Of a stretch of DNA of 64,000 bases, positions 1-12,870 are shown one piece after another. The stretch is from Octopus sinensis (lineage: Eukaryota). Made by a program: the position numbers and the translations under genes. Every line of letters begins with the position of its first letter. Position 1 is the first letter of the stretch. The DNA lies in the NCBI RefSeq assembly GCF_006345805.1, contig NC_043011.1, positions 30,578,464 to 30,642,463 on the forward strand, in the 5' to 3' direction. The notes under the pieces are model-generated. The model did not search any database, had not been told where the DNA came from, and saw only the letters and a program-made list of their open reading frames with translations.

Positions 1-493
1 TTAGCAGTAGCTGAATCAAGAGTTATATCTGAGAAATTGTTTATGAAAAGATCATCTACTGTGATGTTTAGCTATAACTCTTTAAATATATTGATGAACT
101 ACGTCCAAGCAGCTTTGATTTTATTACCATTCACACTTCACCAAATTAATACCCATCATCAGGAGAAAAAAGAACTGATTAAAGTTAGCTGAATCTCCAC
201 TAAAGTAACTTTAAAGTGTAAAATCATATTCCTCAGTTATATCTTCCGATCACATGAATACATCAAACAATTTCTAGCAACTACGTTTAACCTAGAAGAA
301 ACTACCGTGAAATTACATTAATATTAATGTCACCGATTTGTGAAGTATTTTAAAGACGAGATTTAGTTATTGACAGATAAATCACTATTATATCGAACTG
401 CATAAATGTAAAGAGGTGCTTAAAAAAAGACCCATTATTAATTATTGATAATTATGAAGTTCATGAAAATTAAATCCAGTTTAAATGCAATAT

Positions 494-525
494 AGATAGA
501 CAGACAGACAGACAGATAGATAGAC

Positions 526-565
<40 letters not shown>

Positions 566-601
566 CGACAGACAGACCGACAGACAGACAGATAGACAGA
601 C

Positions 602-686
<85 letters not shown>
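494..686. repeat. (GATA)n/(GACA)n microsatellite, representative of the many TA, CA, TACA, GATA and TAA tracts in the window
   Basis: Directly visible; explains the low-complexity ORFs in the track. Confidence 0.98.
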
Positions 687-688
687 TA

Positions 689-894
689 CACGAGAGGTGA
701 TGAAAAGTTTCTGGTTTTAAGAGTATCGCGAAAGATACTGTTTGGAGGCCCAAACATCCGATTTCTTTTAGAGGGTTTAGAAAAACTGAAGAACCGCTGC
801 AATAAGTGTGTGAATCCGAGAGGGGAATACATTGAATAAAATCATAATTAACTGATCCTCCCCTATTTTCAGGAACTTTTCAGCATCCCTCGTG
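689..894 (+). mobile_element. Mariner-derived MITE (internal deletion derivative)
   Basis: ~25-bp imperfect TIRs (CACGAGAGGTGATGAAAAGTTTCTG / CAGGAACTTTTCAGCATCCCTCGTG); interior encodes mariner C-terminus-like [24 protein letters not shown]. Confidence 0.8.
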
Positions 895-900
895 TGTGTG

Positions 901-949
<49 letters not shown>

Positions 950-954
<5 letters not shown>

Positions 955-1750
955 AGAAAAAGGGACAGGCAACAGGTTGCTTGACCGCATACCGAAAAAA
1001 GTAGAAATAGCAGTCAAAAATGCTTATTTCTAATTTCCACAAATGGGGCTCCGGGCACGACAAACCCTGTAATTCACATATGCAAAACAGAAGGAATAGA
1101 TATTCGAAAACGAAGTATGGTGGTTATCTGTGAACATCATGTTTCTGGATTATAAACATATTGAATATATATTTCATATATACTTTTGATCCTATGGAAC
1201 TATTTTTGTAGTGCACATGGCAAAATTTTGGAGGGAAGATTGATGAATTCGAACGTCTATGTAGGTTTAGCCTTTGCTCGCTTTCTTCAAATATTTTGAT
1301 GTCCCATGGTCAGAAGGTTTGAGGTACGTAGCATTTGATAAATCTATGATAAATCTATTTCAATGGAAAGCTGTGCTGAAGAAGGATGTGAAATATATAT
1401 GCAATATATATGAAATATATATGCAATATATATATGAAATATATATCAAAAGTATATATGAAATATATATTCAATATGTTTATAATCCAGAAACATGATG
1501 TTCACAGATAACCACCAGACTTCGTTTTCGAATATCTATTCCTTCTGTTTTGCATATGTGAATTACAGGGTTTGTCGTGCCCGGAGCCCCATTTGTGGAA
1601 ATTAGAAATAAGCATTTTTGACTGCTATTTCTACTTTTTTCGGTATGCGGTCAAGCAACCTGTTGCCTGTCCCTTTTTCTTATATACAATATATATACTG
1701 AACTTTACAGAAGTTCCTGCCGGTAATCGGCTATATTTACATACCGAATT
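950..1750 (+). mobile_element. Fold-back hammerhead-bearing non-coding element (Penelope pLTR/retrozyme-like)
   Basis: ~240-bp near-perfect inverted arms 950-1190 / 1445-1686, TA-tract flanks, HHR at 1371-1507. Confidence 0.75.
1371..1507 (+). ncRNA. Type I hammerhead ribozyme motif with ~105-nt stem/loop II
   Basis: CTGTG-CTGAAGA-aGGAT...ATCCa-GAAA-CATGAT-GTT-CACAG; stem I CTGTG/CACAG; near-palindromic stem III AACAT-G-ATGTT. Confidence 0.7.
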
Positions 1751-1829
1751 CTACCAGTAAATACTTGTGGGTTTTTTTAAAAACCATTATAGAAATTATT
1801 TACCCTTATTATATATATATATATAATAT

Positions 1830-1952
<123 letters not shown>

Positions 1953-2040
1953 GTAATGTATGTATGTATGTATGTATGTATGTATGTATGTATGTATGTA
2001 TGTATAGGTGTGCGTGTGTATGTATGTATATATATATATA

Positions 2041-3274
2041 ATTTCATTTTTCGCAAATAAGTAGAGTTACGATTCTTTTAGTGACTTTTATCATTGTAAT
2101 GATTTTTTTTCCTTTTGACATTTAATAGCGGTTACTTTTCCCTTACTTTAAAAACAAATTGCGCGTAATTTTGTTTACAGCTGTTATTTCGGTGTCAATT
2201 TTAACATGGGGTGCAAAAAGGAAAATTTTTGCCATATTTTGCTTTTTAATATCCGTAAAAGCAAGAAATCTGCTGACGCTCACAAAAAGATATGTGAAGT
2301 TTATGGTGGTGATTGCTTAACGAAACACACATGTCAGAAATGGTTTTAAAAATCCCATTCTGGAGATTTTTCACTCAAAGATGGCCAACGTTCTGGTCGA
2401 CCTACTGAAGTTGGTGATGTCAGAATCAAAGCCATAATTGAATCTGATTGTTATTTAAATGTTTGGGAGATGGCAGAGAGGGTAATGTATCACACACAGT
2501 AATTGAAAATCACTTAAGATGCATTGGACTCATTAAGAAGCTCAATATTTGGGTTCCACATAAATTGAAAGAAACTCACTTAACACAACGTATCAATATT
2601 TGTGATTTGCATCGCAAACGCAATGAAATCGCCCTTTTTTTTTAAACGAAACAACATCACTGGTAATTAAAAAATGGATTGTCTACAATAACATCAATCG
2701 AAAACAATTATGGTCCCAGCGTAATGAACCAGCACAAACCACATCGAAATTGCATCAAAAATAGGTCATAATGATAATTTGGTGGGATTACAAAGGTGCT
2801 GTGTATTTTGAGTTGCCTCCAAGGAACCAAACGATCAAGTCAGATGTTTACTGTCAACAACTAATGAAACTGGAGGAAGCAATCAAAGAAAAACGGCCAG
2901 AATTGGTATATTATAAAGGAACTGTGTTCCACCATGACAACGCTAGACCACGCACGCCTTTGCTAACTCGTGAAAAATTAGTGGAGCTTGGTAGGGAAGT
3001 GATGTCACTTTCACCATATAGTCCTGACCTTGCAGCATCAGATTACCATTTATTTCAAAGTTTACAAAATTCTTTGAGTGGTAAAATTTTCAATAATGAT
3101 GATGACCTGAAATCGCATTTGCTTCAGTTTTTGGCCGGAATCATCAAGATTCCAGAAAGATGGCAAAAAATGTCTTCGAACCAAATGGAAAATATATAAT
3201 TGATTCAAGTTCATTCTTTGTATGAAAAAATGACTTACATTTCACACTAAATAACCGAAATTACTTTCTTCCCA

Positions 3275-3280
<6 letters not shown>
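2041..3280 (+). mobile_element. Degenerate near full-length mariner (Tc1/mariner) transposon
   Basis: Right TIR ...AATTACTTTCTTCCCAACCCTA then TA run; left end eroded by a microsatellite; contains transposase pseudogene. Confidence 0.9.
2206..3199 (+). pseudogene. Mariner transposase pseudogene (stops and frameshifts)
   Basis: Motifs RSGRP, WVPHKL (WVPHEL), HHDNARP, YSPDLAASDYHLF, GIIKIPERWQK. Confidence 0.93.
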
Positions 3281-3368
<88 letters not shown>

Positions 3369-3595
3369 TGTGTGTGTCTGTGTCTGTGTGTCTGTGTGTA
3401 CAGAACATGACTGTGATTAAGAAACTCGCTGTGCAGTCAGGCAATGTCGGCGTGTTCTGTCCCATAACGCAATATGTTGGCCAAGTCTTATCTACTATGG
3501 CCCCGATACAACGAATGCCTTCTCAGTGAATTTGGTGGTTGTGCTGGTGGTGGGGAATTGTGCCTATCGCGTATATATATATATATATATATGTG

Positions 3596-3647
<52 letters not shown>

Positions 3648-4329
3648 TGTTTGTTTGTGTATATATATATTTAAGGAGAATGAGAAGATAGAAGAATTTG
3701 AACATTCAAACTGTGTTTATTTCCAGTTAGTTAATATGCGATGAATGCATATACCACTAATGCATAAATCGCTGCATATCATGTCCGTTTTTATTGTGTA
3801 ATTCTCCCAGGCTATCATCCCAATATGAACCTATGTTAGATTCTTTTATTTCTTTCTTAAGGACATCTAGGATATAAAGGCCTACAAGGACAGCTATCTC
3901 AGCACTATCATAGCTCCCCATTGCTATGTCAAATAACTTGTATTAATTCTTTTTTACCCAGTAGAAATTATCATGAAAGAGTAATGACTTCCTTGCGTTC
4001 ATAATTATGGCTCTATCTGTATTTGTTATAGTGACATGTTTTGCTAAATTCAAGTGCTTTCTGAAGCTATCTTTTTGAAATCAAGGGGTAGAACTCTACG
4101 ATATCAAATTGTATAAATTTGCATTTAGGTTTATAAATTTGCATTTGGTGTATCAAATTGTATAAGTTTGTATTTGGGTTTATCTCTTATTTTCTTAAGC
4201 CGTCTTCTTATTTTCTTAAACCATTTTCTAAAACGATCTGATAAAGTTAGTTAGAAATGCAAAATTCAACCAAAATTCCAACAAGTTCCAACACATATTA
4301 CAGACGTATATCGAACCTTTCAAAACATC

Positions 4330-5672
4330 AATGAACCTGTTTATTAAAGTAAATAAAACAAAAAAATATTTACGAGGTAAATAACCAAACACATAGCAAA
4401 TTAATAACCGACATCATAACTAAAACAGACAAGAAGACAAACCCCACCACTTATAATTCAATTAATATAGTAGCAAAAAATCTAGCCACAAAGTTCAAAA
4501 TAGAAGACAAAGTAGAAAAGCTTATCCCACGAAATCCTTTTATAACTCCGAAAGACCATCAAAACAATTTCACACAAAATCCTAGCTGTGGATCCATAAA
4601 TTCTAGAAAAAGTGAAATGGGCGTAGGAATGGCTGTGTGGTAAGTAGCTTGCTTACCAACCACATGGTTCAGTCGAGCAAATCGACCCCAGGACTTATTC
4701 TTTGTAAGCCTAGCACTTATTCTATCGGTCTCTTTTGCCGAACCACTAAGTTACGGGGACGTAAACACATCAGCATCGGTTGTCAAGCGATGTTGCGTGG
4801 CGCCTTGGGCAAGTGTCTTCTACTATAGCCTCGGGCCGACCAAAGCCTTGTAAGTGGATTTGGTAGGCGGAAACTGAAAGAAGCCCGTCGTATTTATGTA
4901 TATATATAAATATATATATATATATATGTACGTGTGTGTGTATATGCTTGTGTGTCTGTGTTTGTCCCCCCAACATCGCTTGACAACGGATGCTGGTGTG
5001 TTTACGTCCCCGTAACTTAGTAGTTCGGCAAAAGAGACCGATAGAATAAGTACTATGCTTACAAAGAATAAGTCCTGGGGTCGATTTGCTCGACTATAGG
5101 CGGTGCTTCAGCACGGCAACGGTCAAATGACTGAAACAATTAAAAGAGTAAAGAGTAGGAATTACGTATTAGTAAAACTATATTTGATGATATCATACGA
5201 CATATCAGAGCTCACTAAAATCTTACCCAGTTGATATGCAGTAGTGCAAGTATTGAATGGTTCAAGAAAATAAAAGATGAACGCAAATGCAAATTTATAT
5301 AATTTGATATCGTAGGGTTCTACCACTCGTTCTCCAAAAGCTTGCTTCAGAAGGCACTTGAATTTAGCAAAATATATGTCACTATAACAAATACAGATAG
5401 AGCCATAATTATGAACACAACGGAGTCATTATTCTTTCATGATAATTCCTATTGGGTAAAAAAGAATGGAAACGAGTTATTTGACGTAGCAATGGGGAGC
5501 TATGACAGTGCCGAGATAGCTCATCTTGTTCGACTTTATATCCTAGATGCCCTTAAAATATAAATAAAAGAACCTAACATAGGTTTATATTGGAACGATG
5601 CCCTGAGAGTAGTACACAATAAAAACGGACATGATATGGATAGAATAAGGAAAACATTATGCAAAATATTTA
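4330..5672 (+). pseudogene. Penelope-like element reverse transcriptase remnant, split by a SINE
   Basis: PFITPKDHQNNF..PSCGSINSRKSEMG before the SINE; FDIVGFY, FDVAMGSYDSAEIAHLV and IGLYWNDAL (decayed YRDDGL) after it. Confidence 0.8.
4620..5156 (+). mobile_element. SINE family A copy with an inverted piece of its own 3' half inserted at 4671-4795
   Basis: Head TGGCTGTGTGGTAAG, central TA tract, GAGTAAAA tail; matches other family A copies. Confidence 0.85.
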
Positions 5673-5734
5673 GCATACATACATACATACATACATACAT
5701 ACATTAAATAATGTTATCAGTCGTGAATTTGCTG

Positions 5735-6110
5735 ATGTTGGGGCATTGGGATATGTAACACTTTGCCTAAATACCTATCTTGAGAAATTAATTTTACTCA
5801 AAACCAGAATGGAGAAAGCTGATTCGAAGATTACAGATCCAATATCACCAGAACTGCAAAAATCTGTAAAACTTTTCAGAAGTTTATCACTTAAGCATAT
5901 TCGAGCATGTCTAGATTTGCAAGTATATGCATGAGAATGCATACATAAACAAAATATACAAATCTGCACATATACATACATACATACATACATACATACA
6001 TACATACAGAAATACCCTGTTGATGTTGAAATTCCAATTAAGGAGAGCTTTGGCTCTAGGTTAGATCTCTATTGGTAAAAAGTTTTGAAATAAAACTAAA
6101 TAATGATACA
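5735..6110 (+). mobile_element. R4/Dong-like LINE 3' fragment in (TACA)n
   Basis: GALGYVT..L..LEKL peptide and 3' region shared with 21290-21556 and 62725-63620. Confidence 0.75.
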
Positions 6111-6116
6111 CATACA

Positions 6117-6526
6117 AGAGTGGCTGTGTGGTAAGTAGCTTACTTACCAAACACATGGTTCCGGGTTCAGTCCCACTGCGTGGCACCTTGGGCAAGTGTC
6201 TTCTACTATAGCCTCGGGCCGACTAAAGCCTTGTAAGTGGATTTGGTAGACGGAAACTGAAAGAAGCCTGTAGTATATATGTATATATATATATGTGTGT
6301 ATATATTTGAGTGTCTGTGTTTGTTCCCTCAGCATCGCTTGACAACCGATGCTGGTGTGTTTACGTCCTCGTAACATAGCGGTTCGGCAAAAGAGACCGA
6401 TAGAATAAGCACTAGGCTTACAAAGAATAAGTCCTTGGGTTGATTTGCTCGACTAAAGGCGGTGCTCCAGCATGACCGCAGTCAAATGACTGAAACAAGT
6501 AAAAGAGTAAAAGAGAGTAAAGAGTA
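6117..6526 (+). mobile_element. SINE family A, full length
   Basis: tRNA-like A box and B box (GGTTCAGTCCC), core ACCTTGGGCAAGTG, GAGTAAA tail. Confidence 0.9.
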
Positions 6527-7060
6527 TACATATTCGTGCGCGCGTGTGTAACTTTGTATGTGTGATAGATAGACCGTTAAGAAAATATATCACTGAAAGT
6601 TTTTTCCCACACAGAACAGCTTATCTGACTTATTTGCAGAGTTACTAGAAAGATTACACGTTGACCTTCGGTCCGGCTTCCAACGAGATTTACAACGCGT
6701 AATATTTACACTAAATAGTATTATCAATCGCGAATCTGCTGATATTGATTCATTTACAGCAATTATTAATGAGCAATCACCTCGTATGATATTACAATTA
6801 GATTAATGCGAAGAGAAGTAGACAAGAATATTGTAAGTGTCATATCAGAGGATGAAATGTTAGCTCATACAGTTTTGAACGACATTTTGTTTCACGGTAA
6901 AGTGTGATGTTAAATCCACAAACATCGAACCGTTTTCGCATTGACCGAGAAAGCGGAGGTGAGATGTCGGCCCATAACAATTAATGTGTGAATAAATACA
7001 AAAAAAAAAGTAAAATGTAGTGGAAAATCCAAAACTTTTTAGGTTTTAGAAATAATAATA

Positions 7061-7441
7061 GGAGCACTCCGTCGGTTGCGACGATGAGGGTCCCAGCTGA
7101 TACGATCAACGGAACAGCTTACTCGTGATATTAACGTGCAAGTGGCTGAGCACTCCACAGACACGTGTACCCTAACGTAGTTCTCGAGGAGATTCAGCGT
7201 GACACAGATTGTGACAAGGCTGGCCCTTTGAAATACAGGTACAAGAGAAACAGGAAGAAAGAGCGAGAGAAAGTTGTGGTGAAAGAGTACAGCAGGGTTC
7301 ACCACCATCCCCTGCCGGAGCCTCGTGGAGCTTTAGGTGTTTTCGCTCAATAAACACTCACAATGCCCGGTCTGGGGATCGAAACCGCGATCCTCCGACC
7401 GCGAGTCCGCTGCCCTAACCACTGGGCCATTGTGCCTCCAC
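7061..7441 (-). mobile_element. SINE family B, full length with 15-bp TSD
   Basis: tRNA-like head TGGCCCAGTGGTTAGGGC...GTTTCGATCCC on minus strand; TSD AGGTTTTAGAAATAA at 7041-7055 and 7443-7457. Confidence 0.9.
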
Positions 7442-7795
7442 AAGGTTTTAGAAATAACCGAGTGCATTTATAAATCAAGTAGAGGCAGAATGGATTGAGC
7501 AGAACTTAGGAGATTTCGGGAGCGCACTGAAACTCTGCATACTGAAGATCAATGTAAATTAATTGTAGTAAAAGGAAATACATTAACTGTAGGGTTGACA
7601 CAGCGGAACCGTTATGTCTCTTTCTGTGCCTAAAGTAATCCAAGATCTATGTTTAAGAGTAAGTTTAACTGTAGGTTTGACACAGCGGAACCATTTCTGT
7701 ACTTAAAAGTAATCCAAGTTCTACGTTTCAGAGTAACTTCTGCAGTCGACTCAAATATATTCTTTGGGGATGTATGAACGACGAAACTGCTAGGT

Positions 7796-7845
7796 TCAGT
7801 GTTGAATTGCCACATGAACATGATTTTGTCCAGTCTTACTGGTAC
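7796..7845 (-). CDS. Candidate terminal coding exon of an unidentified host gene (GTSKTGQNHVHVAIQH*)
   Basis: Acceptor ttttcag|GT; phase 1, compatible with exon 9749-10006; non-repetitive sequence. Confidence 0.3.
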
Positions 7846-7970
7846 CTGAAAACGGATTAGTTTTATTTTATCATTTGAAGAGATTGTAGCGAGTAGTTTT
7901 TACCATATTTGGAAATATAAATCTTCTACTGATGACTGCCTCAGTGTGTGTGTGTGTGTTTGTGTGTGTT

Positions 7971-8018
<48 letters not shown>

Positions 8019-9748
8019 TGTGGGTGTTTGTGTGTGTGTATGTGCGTGTGTGTGCGTGCGCATGCACGACGTGTGAATATTGTCTTTTGCAATATTTTTG
8101 AATATACAATAATTAACGTGCTACATTACAATTCATTTGAACAAATTATTACTAAGTTTACTGTCAAACCACCTTTATCCATAGTGCTCCCTTATCTGTC
8201 TACAATTCCTATTAATTTGCAAATAAATTCGGCGATTACTTGAAAAGATGAACTGACGTAAAAATTGATCATATAATAACAGGTGACTTCTGTTTTTATA
8301 AGATATCAACCAATGACACTTTAGGATATATTTTTTTTATAATCAATGTCTTCAGCAATTTACGTCATATAAACTATATTCTCGAACTTACTGCTCAATC
8401 AGCAGAGAGTTTTGTTTCTGCTACTTCGGTAGTTTAATATCGATGATCACTATTGAATATTTATCTCCATCTTACAGCGCCTGGCAAAATTCTTAGCGGC
8501 AATTTCTCCGTCTTCACGTTCTCTGCTCAAATGCCGCCGATGTTGACTTTCAGGAACGATAAAATAAATACCAGTTGAGCACTGGGATTGATGTAATGGA
8601 AACATAGAGAGAAGAGGATGTGGAAGAGTTTAGTTAACCCAAATAAACTCTAATTACGAAAACGGCACCAAAAATTTCGTCACGTCTTTCCCTGAGTAAT
8701 TTTATATTTGCGACTGCAAAATTATTACTATAAAGAAATTTAGTGAGGAATATTAGAAAATAGTGGCTGCTATTTCGACTATCCAGTATTAAAATGAGAG
8801 GAAAAATTTGATTATATTCGTGCTTTTGTAGTTGTATATGATTTGTTATTATATAAATCGGTATTAAGGAGGGAAATTTGGTGTTTGTAAATATTGCTGT
8901 TCTTTATTGTCAATTGGGACAGAATCGAGCATATGTCCATAATCAAAAGCATTCTATTCTTATTTCTGTGGTTTATTTTCTCTGAGATTTTGAACTCTAT
9001 CTAGCAATAGCAGTGTGTTCGTAGCGGTGCGCCCGTTAAGATACGAGATGGTAAAACATTATACGAAATAATAAAATATTATAAATGATAAAATATTATA
9101 AATGGTGACAGCGTAAGATTTATTAGTGGCGATTGAAGTTAGCCACACATATATATATATATATATCCGGTAACGATCTGGGCAATTTATGTTTGAGCTA
9201 ACATAGAATGAGGATTTAGAATCGCAAAGTGCGTGCGCTAACTATATGGTAAAACCTACTAGATATATACTCCAGGTGTGGCTGTGAAGTAAGAAGTTTA
9301 ATCCCGAACCACATGGTGCAAAGTTCAGTCGCATTGAGCGGCAACTTGGGCCACTGTCTTCTATTATAGCCTCGCGATGACCAAAACAACATGAGAGAAT
9401 TCGCTAGACGGAAACCAAGGAAAGCCTAATTATTATGTGTTCCCGGGCCACTGATAAAGCATGTACTAGAATCGTACTGGCCTCTGTCTCAGAATTTTGA
9501 TGATAGAAAATATTTTGTTATCCAACGAAATAAGCTATTTGTAGATATTTCACAGTTTCACTGTGGGGAATGTATCCAATTATTTAGTTGAGAATTCTAT
9601 TAAATGTATCCTATATATACGGGATTCAGTAATTATACCTTCATATGCAATTTCATTCGGGAAATAGTTTAAGCTAAAAATTGATTTCATCCGTAAATCC
9701 TTATAACTGCCGTGAAAATGAGTATACAAACGAGTTCTTGTCCCATAC

Positions 9749-10006
9749 CTGACTTCGAAGCTATCTCGAAAGATGAAGGTGATGATCCGCTGAAATCAGT
9801 CAACTCAAAACTCTGCACATTAGATTCTATACCATTGGGGATAATCGTACGTTGTAGGTAAACCTTTACCCCAGGCATTACAACGTGTTGAGCAAATGCA
9901 TGGTTATTGACTGGACGTTTACTGGACTCTGAAATATTAGGTGAATTACACATCTTATTCAAAACGTAAAGACTTTGAAGAAATACCTTAAAGTATTTGT
10001 CTGATG
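9749..10006 (-). CDS. Candidate internal coding exon (258 nt, phase 1-1), unknown product
   Basis: Acceptor tgttacag|, donor CAG|gtatgg, open frame SDKYFKVFLQ...SSPSSFEIASKS; no recognised domain. Confidence 0.38.
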
Positions 10007-10056
10007 CTGTAACAATTCAACCATATTCATGAATGCATGGATGTAATGTAATTGTG

Positions 10057-10090
<34 letters not shown>

Positions 10091-10115
10091 CATACACACA
10101 TGTAGGTGTGTGTGT

Positions 10116-10174
<59 letters not shown>

Positions 10175-10184
10175 AATATGTATA

Positions 10185-10282
<98 letters not shown>

Positions 10283-10510
10283 TACCACGACGTCTATACA
10301 TTTCTAACCTTGAACTCTCAACCTTGAACTTGTTCGCATAAACTGTCCCGTTCGTTTTATTTTTATTTTCTCATATATTATCCCTTTTTTTACATTCATT
10401 TCATACTTTGATCTTTGACTTCTGGCCGAAATCAGATCGCCATGTTGATTCGCTAGCCTCTGCACGCATTTTTCTTCTCTCCTTCTTTCTGTGTTTTTTT
10501 TCTCTATGTA

Positions 10511-10548
10511 TCTTTCTGTTGAAGAGCGTAAGCTCGAAACGTTAAAGA
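10511..10548 (+). ncRNA. Minimal hammerhead motif, core mutated (CTGTTGA)
   Basis: TCTTT-CTGTTGA-aGAGC-gtaa-GCTC-GAAAC-GTT-AAAGA; stems I and II intact; related 3' fragment on minus strand at ~32938-33035. Confidence 0.55.
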
Positions 10549-11027
10549 CTTGTTTTATTTATATTTCCTGAGCGCCATACTAATACAATTGTTTGTTTGT
10601 ATTCCACCTGCCTTCGTCTTTTGTTTATTTCCGTAAACCTGCCTTCGTCTTTTGTCTATTTTCATAAAGCTTCCCGTTATATATACATATACATGTGTGC
10701 GTGTGTATAAATCTTAAAAACCAGGAGATTTGAGAGGTTAATATATTAATACGTTTATTTAACCACTTGACATTCTTCGGATTATATCCGTTTCGACTTG
10801 GTGCTGTAAGTTTAAACTATGAAACAAATTTATATACACCTCTGATTGCTTCTGTCGCATATATCATTTTACTTTTATTATCATTATATACACTTCATTG
10901 AAATTACATTTATAATACAGTTGATAGATTCAATCTCATTGAAGTGTTTACTCTTTAGCATTACGGTCTGGCTATATGTTTACATACATATTCTTCTAAT
11001 GTGAGCTCGTATACATGTTTGTTATAC

Positions 11028-11178
11028 TGGTTTCAATTTTTGGCACAAGGCCAGTGGGAGGTGTTAAGTCGATTGCATCGGCCCCAGTATTCAATTGGTA
11101 CTTATTTTATCGACCTCGAATAGATGAAAGGCACAGTCGATCCCGACATAATTTGAACTCAGAACGTAAGACTTTACG

Positions 11179-11181
<3 letters not shown>
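11028..11181 (-). mobile_element. SINE family C fragment
   Basis: Reverse complement of the GCCTTTCATC...GGTCGATAAAATAAGTACC core. Confidence 0.75.
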
Positions 11182-11250
<69 letters not shown>

Positions 11251-11759
11251 GTCCGTGTGTGTGTGTGTGTATGTATATATATATATGTGTGTTTGTGCAT
11301 GTATATATATATACACTTACATGCTATATTATATCCTATATTAGTAGTAGATTTATTACTATTCACTATAGGGACTGGTAACCACTATAAGCTGTAGTGG
11401 AGAATAGTTCACACATCACGTGTACAGAGGTTAGCCAAAGGATTTTATATTTAGAAATAACTGGGGTGCTTATATGTACTCATGACTTTTGCTTCGGCTT
11501 TTTTTCCATGAGCGCATGTAAGTATTTAATTTATTTCTTATCGTATTTCCTAATGAAGAGGAAAAAATCTGATATTAATTCTGAAATTGATTCAATATAG
11601 AAATAACGAACTTTAAAACAAAAATTCTGTTGACTAGCTTCCCGATTTCAGTACAACGTATTTCTGTAGTGAGTATATAATATGTGGAAATTGACAATTT
11701 AAAAGTTTGTTGTTAGCATATTGGCATGGAAATAATTTTCTTTTGCCCTTGTTTATAAG

Positions 11760-12031
11760 TTGTATATATATATATATGTATATATGTATGTATGCGTGTA
11801 TGTATGTGTTTCGGTGTCTGTGTTTGTTCCCCCAACATCACTTGACAACCGATGCTGGTGTGTTTACGTCCCCGTAACTTAGCGGCTCGGCAAAAGAGAC
11901 CGATAGAATAAGTACTAGGCTTACAGAGAATAAGTCCTGGGGTCGATTTGCTCGAGTAAAGGCGGTTCTCCAGCATGGCCACAGTAAAATGACTGAAACA
12001 AGTAAAAGAGTAAAATGGTAAAGAGTAAAGA
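11760..12031 (+). mobile_element. SINE family A, 3' half
   Basis: Near-identical to the 3' half of other A copies. Confidence 0.85.
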
Positions 12032-12242
12032 GATATGTGTATGCATAACACTAAACTTGTTCCACGTCCTCGCGTTGTTTTCTCTTTGTGTTTTCATGTT
12101 TGGACTAACTCCATATATATATACATACATATATTCATTTCTTTCTTTGTGATAAAATTAGATCAGCTAGACTAACAAAAGCTTTTCGCTTTTGCAAATA
12201 CCTTCTCTTTTACATGCAGCATGTCGGACAAGCTATCGACCG

Positions 12243-12334
<92 letters not shown>

Positions 12335-12716
12335 CTGAGAGATATCGGGGGCGGGGGAGAGAAAGAAAGAAAAAAAATTGAAAGAATGGCGAAGTTTCGA
12401 ATGCAAATATTGAGAACTGCTGATGTAGATTCCTTATAACGTAATTTTCTAAACTGGATTTTTCAGCAAACAACGACAATACACATTCGTTGTGCAAGCA
12501 AATATGTAGAGGGAACTTAAGCAATGATTCGTAGCCGGATATTTAGCTTAATGGTGAATATATTTTTAGCAATAGATAACTCTGGTACTAACAGAATTGG
12601 CTGCTTTTTCTTACAAGTCTGATAATCGATTGTGGCTCAGATGCTAAAATTAGATCAGCCAGACAAACTAAAACTTCCTACTTTCGCAAATCCCTACTCT
12701 CTTACATCTATGGTGG

Positions 12717-12782
<66 letters not shown>

Positions 12783-12806
12783 CATCATCATTATTATTAC
12801 TATTAC

Positions 12807-12870
<64 letters not shown>

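Noticed and set aside
1-480. Possible very decayed Penelope RT on the minus strand
   Set aside because: Only vague motif resemblance; no continuous frame could be supported
869-1760. Two ORFs with identical N-termini (MSCPEPHLW...)
   Set aside because: By-product of the inverted repeat; TTG starts, and one runs into a TA tract
6117-6190. tRNA genes at SINE heads (also 38048 and others)
   Set aside because: A/B boxes are present but fused to SINE bodies with no convincing full cloverleaf
7582-7736. ~84-bp diverged tandem duplication
   Set aside because: Ordinary local duplication with no further structure
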